Shown: positions 1-8,890, numbered from the stretch's first letter. The stretch is DNA of 32,791 bases from Polyangiales bacterium (GCA_045106895.1 JBGCFM010000091.1:1-32791), one strand, 5' to 3'. Notes: generated from the letters alone by a model not told the origin. Numbers and translations are program-made.

Positions 1-21
1 GTATGCACCGACGGGAGAGAC

Positions 22-52
22 CTTGTGTCGCCGCAAGGGGCGGCGACACAAG
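22..52. other. Perfect 13-bp hairpin (terminator-like or part of the repeat cluster)
   Basis: CTTGTGTCGCCGC (22-34), loop AAGGG, GCGGCGACACAAG (40-52) is the exact reverse complement; no U-tract. Confidence 0.6.
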
Positions 53-285
53 CCAGCCGAATGGCCTTGGGCCCACGCGGGCCCACCCCGAACCGGACGG
101 ACTTAGAGCGAACTTCGAGACAGCGACCCCTGAGCGGATCACAGAGACCCGAGCGAAGCGTTGTGCCAGCCGAATGGCCTTGGGCCCGCGCGGGCCCACC
201 CCGAACCGGACGAACTTAGAGAGCGAACTTCAGAGAGCGAACTCCAAGACGAAACCCTGAGCGAATCACAGAGGGCCAGCGAAGC
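52..285 (+). repeat. Two tandem copies of a ~110-bp REP/BIME-like intergenic repeat
   Basis: GCCAGCCGAATGGCCTTGGGCCC(A/G)CGCGGGCCCACCCCGAACCGGACG(G/A)ACTTAGAG starts at 52 and 165 (period 113). The tails share CCCTGAGCG(G/A)ATCACAGAG...AGCGAAGC. Internal palindrome TGGGCCC-N4-GGGCCCA. Confidence 0.9.
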
Positions 286-372
286 AGCCGGAATGAACGC
301 ACGCCCCCGACTTGTTGAGTAGAACATGTGGGAAAGTTGCCGGCATCGCTCATGATTTCTAGCTTCGGCTCT

Positions 373-2646
373 ATGGTCTTTTCACGCACCGCCATCGCCG
401 GCATCGCTCTGGTCATCGCAACGTGTGAACAGCCCGCTGTCACACCGCAGCACCATGCCCAGGCTCAGGCATCTGAGACGGTGCCGCCCGCGGAGGTGGC
501 ACCACGTCGTTTTCACCCGCGCGCCGCCCAGGCGCCGGATATTGTCGAAGCGCTACGGACCTCATCACGCCCAGAGGTCTTACTAGAACGCATCAGCGAC
601 CCGGCGGAGCGCGGCATAGGCCTGTGGGTACTCGCTCATCGCGAGAGCCTCACGGCAGAACGCCGCGATGCGATGCTCGAGGAGCTTGCGGGAATGAACC
701 ATGCGCTGGCTCCCTGGGCGGCGTATCGACTGGCCGAGTCGACGCATGAGTCCAACAGCGAACGCGCGTTGACGCTGCTTGAGTCCATCCCGGAGGACTT
801 TCCAAGCGCCAATAGCGTGCAACGCGTGCGAGCGCTGACGCTCGTCGCGGCGGGGCGACTCGACGACGCCATTCCGCTTCTCCGGGAGCTCGTCGCAGAA
901 GCACCGCAACGGTCCGGCGCGGCCTCGGCGGCGATGCCACTGGCGGCGATTCTTAGCGCCCAAGACGACGCTGCTCTGAAAGAGGAAGCGCTGCATCTCC
1001 TGAGGCGTGTTGCGACGCGCGCGCCGAAGGCACGTGTCGGTCGCGACGCTGCTCAACAAGCAGAAGCGCTCTTGGCGGCTCTTCCTGCACCCCGTCGTCG
1101 CGCTCTCGAGGAGATTCCCCTCGCCGATCGCTTTCGCGAGGCCGATGCGCTGTACGCGAGCAATCATCATCGCGACGCGGAGGCGGCGTATGGAGCGATC
1201 GTGGCTTCCATGGGTCCGGAAGAACCACGTCTGTGCGAAGCGCTCTTGCAACAGGGCAAAGCGATCCTTCGCCAGCGAGCACGTCGTCGAGGTGCTCCCT
1301 TCATGCACGAGGTAGCGCGCCGTTGCACCGGTGACGAACGCGCCTGGGCCCACTACAAAGCCGGCCGAGCCTACGCTCAGAGCGGCGACGCGGCGCGAGC
1401 TCGCGCCGAGTACTCCGCCCTTGTTCAAGAGTCGCCGGACCATCGCCTCGCGGACGACGTCATCTTCCGAACCGCGCTCCTGGAACAGGGCCGAGACCGC
1501 ACCGAGTATGAGCGTCTATTGCAGGTGCTTATCGACGAGCACCAAGACGGCGATATGCGCGGCGAAGCGATTTTTCACCTGGCGATGCATCACCGCGAGG
1601 GAGGTCGGCACGAAGAAGCGCTCGCGCTCTTTGAAGCTGGGCGTGATGTCGGTGAGAACACCGAAGGCATGCAGGGACGTTCAGCGTATTGGCGTGCGCG
1701 TTCGCTCGCGGCACTCGAGCGGCCGGCCGTCGAAGCCTACGCAGAGGTGGTCCAGGCGTGGCCGCTCTCGTACTACGCGCAGCACGCGCTCTCGCGTATT
1801 CATGCGGAGAGTCCGGAGCGACATGCTCAGCTGCTGGAGTCGCTCCGGAGCGATGAGGAGCCGGATTTGAGCTTCCCCTGGCGGGCGGAACTCGATGACC
1901 CCCGCTTTGCCCGCGCCCTCGTGTTGCTCCAAGTCGGAGCGAGCGATGAGGCCCAACAAGAGTTCAGCGCGATGGGCTTCTTTGGTTCCGGCGCCGACGA
2001 CGACGCGAAGTGGCTCGTCGCTTCACTCCTGGCAGAAGCCGGTGAGCTAACGCGCCTGACTCGCCTCGTTCGAGGCCAACGTGGCTTTCGACGCACAGCG
2101 CCAACGGGCCGAGCGCGCGCCATGTGGCGCCTCGCATACCCCCAGGCTTTCGCTCCGCTTATCGAGACTGCCGCTGCGGAGGCAGAAGTGAGCCCTGCAC
2201 TTGTTCGGGCTGTGGCACGCGAAGAGTCGAGCTTCGACCCGGGCGCTGTCTCGTGGGCTCACGCGTACGGTCTCGTTCAGGTTCTCTTGCCGACGGCCCG
2301 CCGCTACGGTCGTGACCTGGACGTGCGAATCACCGCCCACAACGTCCGTGACCCAGAGATCAACCTGCACTGCGGGACAGGCTTCATGGCGTGGCTGCAG
2401 GGCCGCTACCCCAGCGATGTCTTCATCCCGGCTGCTTACAACGCAGGTCATGGCGCCCTCGACCGCTGGCTTCGGCGCGCTCGCGCATCCGAAACGCCGG
2501 GCGCCCAGGACTTTGACGCCTTCGTTGAATCGATCCCCTTCGATGAAACCCGGCGCTACACACGGCGTGTCCTACAGACATACGGCGTGTACAGCTGGCT
2601 CGACTCGGGTCGACTTCCTGAAATGCCGACGACGATCGAGCCATAG
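373..2646 (+). CDS. Slt70-like soluble lytic transglycosylase with N-terminal TPR/helical repeats
   Basis: C-terminal SLT motifs AREESSF (catalytic Glu), AYGLVQ, AAYNAG and ESIPFDETRRY. TPR-like helices (WAHYKAGRAY, AYWRARSL, WPLSYYA). Hydrophobic N-terminus ending IATC. Start uncertain (328 GTG, 352 or 373 ATG). Confidence 0.9.
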   Translation: MVFSRTAIAGIALVIATCEQPAVTPQHHAQAQASETVPPAEVAPRRFHPRAAQAPDIVEALRTSSRPEVLLERISDPAERGIGLWVLAHRESLTAERRDAMLEELAGMNHALAPWAAYRLAESTHESNSERALTLLESIPEDFPSANSVQRVRALTLVAAGRLDDAIPLLRELVAEAPQRSGAASAAMPLAAILSAQDDAALKEEALHLLRRVATRAPKARVGRDAAQQAEALLAALPAPRRRALEEIPLADRFREADALYASNHHRDAEAAYGAIVASMGPEEPRLCEALLQQGKAILRQRARRRGAPFMHEVARRCTGDERAWAHYKAGRAYAQSGDAARARAEYSALVQESPDHRLADDVIFRTALLEQGRDRTEYERLLQVLIDEHQDGDMRGEAIFHLAMHHREGGRHEEALALFEAGRDVGENTEGMQGRSAYWRARSLAALERPAVEAYAEVVQAWPLSYYAQHALSRIHAESPERHAQLLESLRSDEEPDLSFPWRAELDDPRFARALVLLQVGASDEAQQEFSAMGFFGSGADDDAKWLVASLLAEAGELTRLTRLVRGQRGFRRTAPTGRARAMWRLAYPQAFAPLIETAAAEAEVSPALVRAVAREESSFDPGAVSWAHAYGLVQVLLPTARRYGRDLDVRITAHNVRDPEINLHCGTGFMAWLQGRYPSDVFIPAAYNAGHGALDRWLRRARASETPGAQDFDAFVESIPFDETRRYTRRVLQTYGVYSWLDSGRLPEMPTTIEP

Positions 2647-2688
2647 CCAAAGCGCCAAGGCCGCGACGCCTCTGATATCCTACGAAGG

Positions 2689-3123
2689 ATGCGGATCTGT
2701 TTCCTCTCTCTCTTTCTTGTTCACGTTGGGTGCAGCGACCCGGCCCAGACCCCACAAACACCATCTTCTGGGACGAACGCTGGCGAAACGTCGCCAAACG
2801 CGAACGAGGAACATTCAAACGACGAACATCTGAGCGTAGAGCCACCGGACCCGTGCGCGGAGATCCGAGCCGAAGCCAACGACATTCTTCAAGAGCCCGC
2901 CCTCGCTTGCGCGAGCGACGAAGACTGCTCTTGCTATCCCGCGATCATCGACTGCGGCGGCGTGAGCGACAACACCACGGCGCAACGCCTCATCGAGGTA
3001 GATCGGCGACGCATTGCTGCGGACTGTGGTTACCGCGACTTAGACGGGAACGGGTTCAACTGCGCGCCATGGGAATGTGTGCCCGAATGCAGTCTGGGCC
3101 GATGTGGACGAGGAATGCGTTAG
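2689..3123 (+). CDS. Cys-rich putative lipoprotein (hypothetical)
   Basis: Signal peptide ending VGC-S, a P/T/S/N linker, then about 10 Cys including CASDEDCSC. Confidence 0.75.
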   Translation: MRICFLSLFLVHVGCSDPAQTPQTPSSGTNAGETSPNANEEHSNDEHLSVEPPDPCAEIRAEANDILQEPALACASDEDCSCYPAIIDCGGVSDNTTAQRLIEVDRRRIAADCGYRDLDGNGFNCAPWECVPECSLGRCGRGMR

Positions 3124-3153
3124 CCCTCTCACGGGCAGCCTCTTAACGACGAA

Positions 3154-3182
3154 GCCCCGCGTCCTCTTCCAAGGAGCGGGGC
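3154..3182. terminator. Hairpin between convergent genes
   Basis: GCCCCGC.TCCT / AGGA GCGGGGC inverted repeat between stops at 3123 (+) and 3204 (-); no clear U-tract. Confidence 0.45.
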
Positions 3183-3203
3183 ATCGAAAGCGACGAGGTG
3201 GGC

Positions 3204-5036
3204 CTAGAACTCGCGGTAGAGCACCAGGTCGATTCGCCGGTTCTGGGAGCGCCCTTCGTCGGTCTCGTTCTCTGCGAGGGGCTTGGTCTCGCCGTATCCG
3301 TGGGATACGACCTGCCCGGCGTTCACACCGGCGTTGACCAACACATCCACCACCGAGGCCGCGCGCTGGCGGCTGAGCCGGAGGTTCATGTTCGGGTCAC
3401 CGACGTTGTCCGTGTGGCCAGCGACGTGGACTCGGACGCCCTCGGGGCATCCGTTGAGGAGGCTTGGCACACCGCGAAGCATGGCTTCGCTGGCGGCGGA
3501 AAGGTCCGCGCTGCCGGTGTTGAACTCGAGTCGCGTCTGAGCCTGAAGGGCGGCGAGTCGCTCGTCACACGCGGTGGCTGCGGCTGCGTCGTAGATCTTG
3601 AGGGGCTTTGACCAAGCGAAGCCATCGGGAGCAGCGGAGAACAGAGCGTTGGCGTTAGCCATCGCAGCTTCATCGCCCTCGCCAACGAAGCACATCTTGG
3701 CGTCGTCTGCGCTGCCGGCGAAGTCGAAGTCAGCGCGTGCCTGCGTCATGGGTGCAAGAGCGTCGAGGACGGTGTCGACGGTGGCGTCGAAGGTCTCGGG
3801 GGTGGAGTAGACCATGGTGTCGTCCACGATGAGCTCGTCGGCGTTGACGTTGTTTCCGGCCTTGGCGCGTACTCGAGCGACGAGAGCGGCCTTGGCCTCT
3901 TCGCTTGAGATCACACCGCTCAAGTAGATCGTGCCGTCGAGGCGCTTCGCGACGCGGATGTCGTACGGAAGGGGCAGCTCGTAGGTGCGCTCCGGGGGCA
4001 TCTCCGCAGCGGGGATGAGCGCGTACTCTGGAAGCTCGCCGGTGAGCTCGTTCATGAACGCGACGATGCTGGTGACTTCGGCGTCTTCAAGCTCACGTCC
4101 AAGCTGGACATGGGCCATCGTGCGCACGGCGTTGCCAAGGTCGTCTTCGCTTCCGTCGTGGAAGTAAGGAGCGGTGAGCGCGATGTTGCGAAGCGTGGGC
4201 ACCTTGAAGTGATGACGGTCGCCTTCGTCGCCGGTGTGGTTGAAGCGTCCCATGTCCGCTTCCGTGAGCTCGCCGCCGCGCTCTTCGAAGTAGTCGTGTA
4301 CAACGCCCATCTTCATGAACATCGTGCCGCCCACGGCTGGGCCCTGGTGACACGTCGTGCAGCCGACCTCTTCAAAGAGACGGTAGCCGGCGACGGCTTC
4401 TTCGCTCATCGCGGTCTCATCGCCAGCAAGCCACGCGTCAAAGGAGCCGGGGGTGATGAGCGAGCGCTCGTACTCGGCGATGGCGTCGGTGATGCTGTTC
4501 TTCGTGACGCCTTCTTCGGGGTACACGTCGGCGAAGTGGGATGCGTACCACTCGTCGCCCTCGATGCGTGGGACCACAACCTCGAAGTTGGAGGCCATCT
4601 CACCCGGGTTCTCGACGGGTCCGCCCGCCTGCTCTTGGAGGTCCGCGGCGCGGCCATCCCAGAACTGGGCGATGTGGTTCCACGTGTTGAGCGTCGTGGG
4701 CGAGTTGATGGGTCCAACGGCGTTGTTCACGCCAAAGGACGTCCGTCGAGGCTCGGCGCCGCCAGCCGCGACGTTGTGGCAGGTCGCGCACGACACGGAG
4801 CCGTCACCGGACAGGATGCCGTCGTGGTAGAGGCGCCGGCCGAGGGCGACCTTGTCCATGTCGATCTCAAGGTCTTCTGCGCTTGGGAGCGCTTCCAGGG
4901 AGCCGGTCCAACGCGGTGGCGGGCCGTCCGGGGCTCGGTTCTGGAAGTAGAGGAAGAGTCCAAGGCCCACAAAGAGCACGAAAAGGAAGTAGTACCCGAT
5001 GTATTCATCGCTCATGTACTGGGACTTGTCGTTCAT
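3204..5036 (-). CDS. Di-heme cytochrome c peroxidase (CcpA/MauG family) fused to BON-like and OmpA C-terminal peptidoglycan-binding domains, with an N-terminal TM anchor
   Basis: Heme motifs CATCH (4776-4790) and CTTCH (4347-4361). CCP motifs NSPT, QFWDGRA, GPVENPGEM and FKVPTLRNIALTAPYFHDGS. OmpA motifs GHTDNVG, NLRLSRQRA, GYGE and NRRI. TM segment YYFLFVLFVGLGLFLYF. ATG 5036 follows a G-run RBS; alternatives are 5057 and 5015. Confidence 0.92.
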   Translation of the reverse strand: MNDKSQYMSDEYIGYYFLFVLFVGLGLFLYFQNRAPDGPPPRWTGSLEALPSAEDLEIDMDKVALGRRLYHDGILSGDGSVSCATCHNVAAGGAEPRRTSFGVNNAVGPINSPTTLNTWNHIAQFWDGRAADLQEQAGGPVENPGEMASNFEVVVPRIEGDEWYASHFADVYPEEGVTKNSITDAIAEYERSLITPGSFDAWLAGDETAMSEEAVAGYRLFEEVGCTTCHQGPAVGGTMFMKMGVVHDYFEERGGELTEADMGRFNHTGDEGDRHHFKVPTLRNIALTAPYFHDGSEDDLGNAVRTMAHVQLGRELEDAEVTSIVAFMNELTGELPEYALIPAAEMPPERTYELPLPYDIRVAKRLDGTIYLSGVISSEEAKAALVARVRAKAGNNVNADELIVDDTMVYSTPETFDATVDTVLDALAPMTQARADFDFAGSADDAKMCFVGEGDEAAMANANALFSAAPDGFAWSKPLKIYDAAAATACDERLAALQAQTRLEFNTGSADLSAASEAMLRGVPSLLNGCPEGVRVHVAGHTDNVGDPNMNLRLSRQRAASVVDVLVNAGVNAGQVVSHGYGETKPLAENETDEGRSQNRRIDLVLYREF

Positions 5037-5226
5037 GGCCCCCCGTATAAAGGGCAAAGTGCCCCTAGGCCAGCGCTCAGCGCATCAAAAATTGCGCTCC
5101 GCGAGTGGAGCGCTTTCTAAGGCAGAACTCGCGCTTTTGGACGCTCTTTTTTCGCTTTTTCCGAACCCTAGGTACGGAGCGCTGGACCTTTGTCTACGCG
5201 AGGCCGCATCTTCCGACTGAGGTCAC

Positions 5227-6669
5227 ATGAGCGAACACCTGGACGTCCTTATCATCGGTGCCGGCATTTCCGGAATCGGAGCCGCTTATCACCTGCAAAC
5301 GCGCTGTCCGAACAAGACCTACGCTCTGCTCGAAGGGCGCCCTCAGCTCGGCGGCACCTGGGACCTCTTTCGCTATCCGGGCATCCGCTCGGACTCGGAC
5401 ATGCACACGATGGGCTTCAGCTTCAAGCCTTGGACGGGCGAGAAGGCCCTCGCGGATGGCGCATCGATCCTGGCTTACCTCCAGGAGACCGTCGCGGAGA
5501 ACCGCATCGACGAGAACATTCGCTACGGGCACCAGGTGGTCTCGGCCCATTGGTCGAGCGACGACAAGCTCTGGTCCATCGAGGCGAAGGCCGACGGCGA
5601 GACGAAGAAGTTCACCTGCAACTTCATCTTCAGCTGCACCGGTTACTACGACTACGACAAGGGCTACACGCCGAAGTTTGAAGGCTCCGACGACTTCGAA
5701 GGGGACATCGTTCATCCGCAGAAGTGGCCCGAAGATCTGGACTACGCCGGCAAACGTGTCGTGGTCATTGGGAGCGGAGCCACGGCGGTGACGCTCGTAC
5801 CCGCGATGGCGGAAAGCGCCGAACACGTGACCATGCTCCAGCGCACGCCGACCTACGTCGTGTCTGTACCGGCTGAAGACAACTTCGCGACGGCGCTCAA
5901 AAAACGCCTCACCCCGAAGGCCGCGTATCGGGTGACGCGATGGAAGAACATCGCGATGGGCCTCGGGGTGTTCACCTTCGCGCGAAAAGCGCCGGGGCCG
6001 ATGCGCGCCCTTGTGAACAAAGGTGTGCGTGCCCAGATGGGCGAAGACTACGACGTGAGTCCGCACTTTGACCCGCCCTACAACCCGTGGGAGCAGCGCA
6101 TGTGCATGGTCCCGGACGGCGACTTCTTTCGCGCCGTCAAACGCGGGAAGGCCGAGATCGTCACGGGCCACATCGAGCGCTTCACGAAGAGCGGGATCCT
6201 CCTCAAAAGCGGCGATGAGATCCAGGCGGACATCATCGTGACAGCGACGGGTCTTGTTCTTGAGTTCATGTCCAAGATCGACATGCGTATCGATGGCAAG
6301 CCCATGGATCCGTCGGAACACTGGATGTACAAGGCGATGATGTTCAACGACGTGCCCAACTTCGCGTTGTGGTTCGGGTACACGAACGCTTCTTGGACGC
6401 TCAAGGCGGACCTCACATCGGAGTATATCTGCCGCTTGATCAATCACATGGAGAGCGCTGGCCACGACGCGGTGGTACCGCGGGCCAACGCCGCGGAGAT
6501 GACCGACCGCCCCTTCATCGACTTCTCCTCTGGGTATTTTGAGCGCGCCAAACACCTCCTACCCAAGCAAGGCGGAGCGTTTCCTTGGCGCCTGTACCAG
6601 AACTACCTCCTCGACTCGCTCTCGATTCGCTACAGCAAACTCGATGACGGCGTCCTCGAGTTTAAGTAG
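5227..6669 (+). CDS. EthA-like FAD-containing Baeyer-Villiger monooxygenase
   Basis: GAGISG and GSGATA Rossmann motifs, GGTWDLFRYPGIRSDSD, BVMO fingerprint FEGDIVHPQKWP (FxGxxxHxxxWP); GAGGT RBS. Confidence 0.93.
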   Translation: MSEHLDVLIIGAGISGIGAAYHLQTRCPNKTYALLEGRPQLGGTWDLFRYPGIRSDSDMHTMGFSFKPWTGEKALADGASILAYLQETVAENRIDENIRYGHQVVSAHWSSDDKLWSIEAKADGETKKFTCNFIFSCTGYYDYDKGYTPKFEGSDDFEGDIVHPQKWPEDLDYAGKRVVVIGSGATAVTLVPAMAESAEHVTMLQRTPTYVVSVPAEDNFATALKKRLTPKAAYRVTRWKNIAMGLGVFTFARKAPGPMRALVNKGVRAQMGEDYDVSPHFDPPYNPWEQRMCMVPDGDFFRAVKRGKAEIVTGHIERFTKSGILLKSGDEIQADIIVTATGLVLEFMSKIDMRIDGKPMDPSEHWMYKAMMFNDVPNFALWFGYTNASWTLKADLTSEYICRLINHMESAGHDAVVPRANAAEMTDRPFIDFSSGYFERAKHLLPKQGGAFPWRLYQNYLLDSLSIRYSKLDDGVLEFK

Positions 6670-6759
6670 ACGATAGCGCTCAGAGCGTCTCCTCCTCGTT
6701 GTCCCAAGCTCGACTCGAACTCGATGAGAGCGGGAGCGCGTGCTAAGCCTAGGCTTCCT

Positions 6760-7746
6760 ATGAAGCAAAACGCAGACGAACGACCCGACCCAAGCATCTT
6801 GCGCAAAGCCGCCATCGCTCATGGACAGGCAGCTGACTACGCCGGCGATGTGACCATTCGGCCTATCCCGGACTTCGATCTCGACCGCACGATCTTCACA
6901 ACCTTGGAAGGCAAGGCTGCGCGTTTCGTTATGAAGACTCGCGTCGGTAAGGAGCCGCATTGGGACAGCGCCGCGGCCAAACGAGTTCAAGCCGCGTATG
7001 ACGCCGCGCGCAAAGATTTTCCACTGCCTTCTGTCGACTCGGAGCTTCTCCGTTTCATGGTCGAGGAGTGCGACTTCGACGTGGAGCACGCCGACGGCTC
7101 ATTCCTGGACCACCTCTACTTTTGCTTCGAGTACACGGTTCACCATTACCCGGACGAGTCGCCACTCGTGATGCTTCTCCACTCGATCCTCGGCACCGGG
7201 ACGAACACCTTCGCGATGGGCGCTGACAAGATCCCTGCACTTCGCGAACTCATGACGCCGAAGGAGTGGACGCACGTTCAAGCGTTCCCTTCGCTTTTGC
7301 GTCTCCTCTATGATTTCCCCCTCCGCAAAGAACTTCGTCTCAACCGGCACCGGCCAGACAGCATCGAGCGCATCGATTTCCACCGCGTCATCGACAACGA
7401 GTCCATCAGCCTGAGCGGCGAAGAGCTCTGGACGCAGCTCAACTACCAGCTGATTCATCTCATCGATTTCTTGCCCGCCGCGAACTGGGCGACAAACGCC
7501 AACGACACATCGTTCATTCTCTTTCGGGACCTCTACGACTTGCTGAAGAGCTGCGGAAAGCTGGAGGCCAAACTCGACTACACGCCCGCGGGCAAGCTTC
7601 GGACGCTGCGTGGTGAGAAGCCAAGCCTCGGTCTGCTGACGACGCTTATCCCTGTTTCGTTGAGCGAGAAGATGGCGGCGCGCTCCGTGACGCAGTTCAG
7701 TGAGCGCATCGGACACAGCCTCACGTATAAGATTCACTGGCGATAG
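6760..7746 (+). CDS. Hypothetical protein with HD-like/DUF6817-like metal-binding motifs
   Basis: Long ORF with typical codon bias; motifs EHADGSFLDHL and LLHSILGTGT. Start 6760 (alternative 6724). Confidence 0.75.
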   Translation: MKQNADERPDPSILRKAAIAHGQAADYAGDVTIRPIPDFDLDRTIFTTLEGKAARFVMKTRVGKEPHWDSAAAKRVQAAYDAARKDFPLPSVDSELLRFMVEECDFDVEHADGSFLDHLYFCFEYTVHHYPDESPLVMLLHSILGTGTNTFAMGADKIPALRELMTPKEWTHVQAFPSLLRLLYDFPLRKELRLNRHRPDSIERIDFHRVIDNESISLSGEELWTQLNYQLIHLIDFLPAANWATNANDTSFILFRDLYDLLKSCGKLEAKLDYTPAGKLRTLRGEKPSLGLLTTLIPVSLSEKMAARSVTQFSERIGHSLTYKIHWR

Positions 7747-7750
7747 CGTC

Positions 7751-7870
7751 ACGCTTCGCCGGGTCACTCGGTCCGCTCAGGGTCTCCTCGAAGATCGTTC
7801 TAAGCGCGTCCGGTTCGGGGCGTGCCCGCGTGGGCCCAGCCTTGGGCCCCACGCGGGCCCACCCCGAACC
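7751..7870. repeat. Head-to-head copies of the ~110-bp repeat: inverted copy 7751-7838 and partial forward copy 7839-7870
   Basis: The reverse complement of 7751-7838 reads TGGGCCCACGCGGGCACGCCCCGAACCGGACGCGCTTAGAACGATCTTCGAG...CCCTGAGCGGA...GACCCGGCGAAGCGT, colinear with 68-161. 7839-7870 is GCCTTGGGCCCCACGCGGGCCCACCCCGAACC. Confidence 0.88.
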
Positions 7871-7925
7871 TTCGTACGTTTCAAAGCACAATGCTGATGT
7901 GGGTGGTGAGCGGATGTTACGGGGA

Positions 7926-7968
7926 CGCGCTTCTTTGCGAAGGCTTTGGGCCTTCGCAAAGGAGCGCG
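7926..7968. terminator. 19-bp hairpin in convergent intergenic region
   Basis: CGCGCTTCTTTGCGAAGGC, loop TTTGG, GCCTTCGCAAAGGAGCGCG (one G-U pair); lies between convergent stops 7746 and 8111. Confidence 0.55.
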
Positions 7969-8110
7969 GGTCCTTGTTCCGCGCGGGACAACACTCTCGA
8001 ATTCTAGGTCGAACTCCAAACTTCAGCGGAGGAACTTAGAAACAAAACCCGTGAGCATCATGCGAAGGAGCATGTTGCAAACGGGTAAGTCGGAATGAAC
8101 CGAGCGAAGC

Positions 8111-8890
8111 TCAGTTGTAGGTGAAGCGCAGCTCGTAATCGCAGATCTGGACGATGTCGCCTTCTTCGATTCGTTTGCTGTCGACGCGCCGGCCTGCGTA
8201 TTCGATGCCGTTCGTGCTGCCCAAGTCTTTGACGTAGTACGCGCCGCCTTGCAGCACGATGGCGGCGTGGCGCCGCGAAATGTTGCCGTCCTTGATAGGA
8301 AGGTCGGCGGTCTTGCTTCCGCGTCCAATGACGAACTCGTCTTTGGTGACGGGGTACTTTTGTCCGTTAAAGATCACGGAGAGGGAAGGGCGTGCGCCGA
8401 AGGCAGGTGCAGCCGAGACGGGCGCGCCGGGAAGTGGTGGTGGGCTGCTCGGTCGAGGCGGTGGCGGAAAGCTTGAGGGCGCCCCGGAGTAGCCACCGAA
8501 ACCGGGTGGAGCCGCACTAGGCGCTGGTGTGTAGTTGCCCGCCGGTGGGTAGGGGGGCGCGGCGGGAGCCGAAGGGTAGCCGCCGTACGAGGGGCGCGGT
8601 GGTGGAGGTGGCGCTGATGGCAAGGGCGGACGAGGAGCGGAGGGTCCACCCAGCGAAGGAATCGAAGGGGCGCCGCCGCCCATCGAGGGGGGGCTTGCGG
8701 TAGCGGCAGGCATCCCGGCTTGAGATTGGCTGCGACCGCCGTAGTTACGGGAGCGAGCGTATTGACGCATCGCTTCGTTGATCAGGTAGTCGACGGAGCA
8801 TTCGAGCTCGCTCGACATCTGACCGAAGATTTCCCAAAGGTAGTCGCGACACTGAAAACTGCGCAGTGTCTTCTTGTTTTGGTCCGTCAC
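8111..8890 (-). CDS. FHA-domain protein with N-terminal ribbon-helix-helix-like segment and Pro-rich linker
   Basis: C-terminal FHA motifs VIGR, ISRRHA and DLGSTNG. N-terminal LRSFQCRDYLWEIFGQMSSELECSVDYLINEAMRQY fits a beta-alpha-alpha pattern. GTG start overlaps the upstream TGA (GTGA, 8887-8890). Confidence 0.88.
   Translation of the reverse strand: MTDQNKKTLRSFQCRDYLWEIFGQMSSELECSVDYLINEAMRQYARSRNYGGRSQSQAGMPAATASPPSMGGGAPSIPSLGGPSAPRPPLPSAPPPPPRPSYGGYPSAPAAPPYPPAGNYTPAPSAAPPGFGGYSGAPSSFPPPPRPSSPPPLPGAPVSAAPAFGARPSLSVIFNGQKYPVTKDEFVIGRGSKTADLPIKDGNISRRHAAIVLQGGAYYVKDLGSTNGIEYAGRRVDSKRIEEGDIVQICDYELRFTYN

Noticed and set aside
52..285. Possible CRISPR array
   Set aside because: Only two ~113-bp units, with similar rather than unique spacer regions; no cas genes.
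3..327. Short ORFs 3-260, 25-219 and 139-327
   Set aside because: They only translate the tandem DNA repeat (duplicated peptides); no RBS or family motifs.
5075..5088. FNR box upstream of the peroxidase
   Set aside because: Only the ATCAA half-site is present; the other half (GCTCA) does not match TTGAT.
5194..6555. 453-aa antisense ORF, and similarly 4110-5120 and 29504-30517
   Set aside because: Shadow ORFs opposite well-supported genes, expected from high-GC codon bias.
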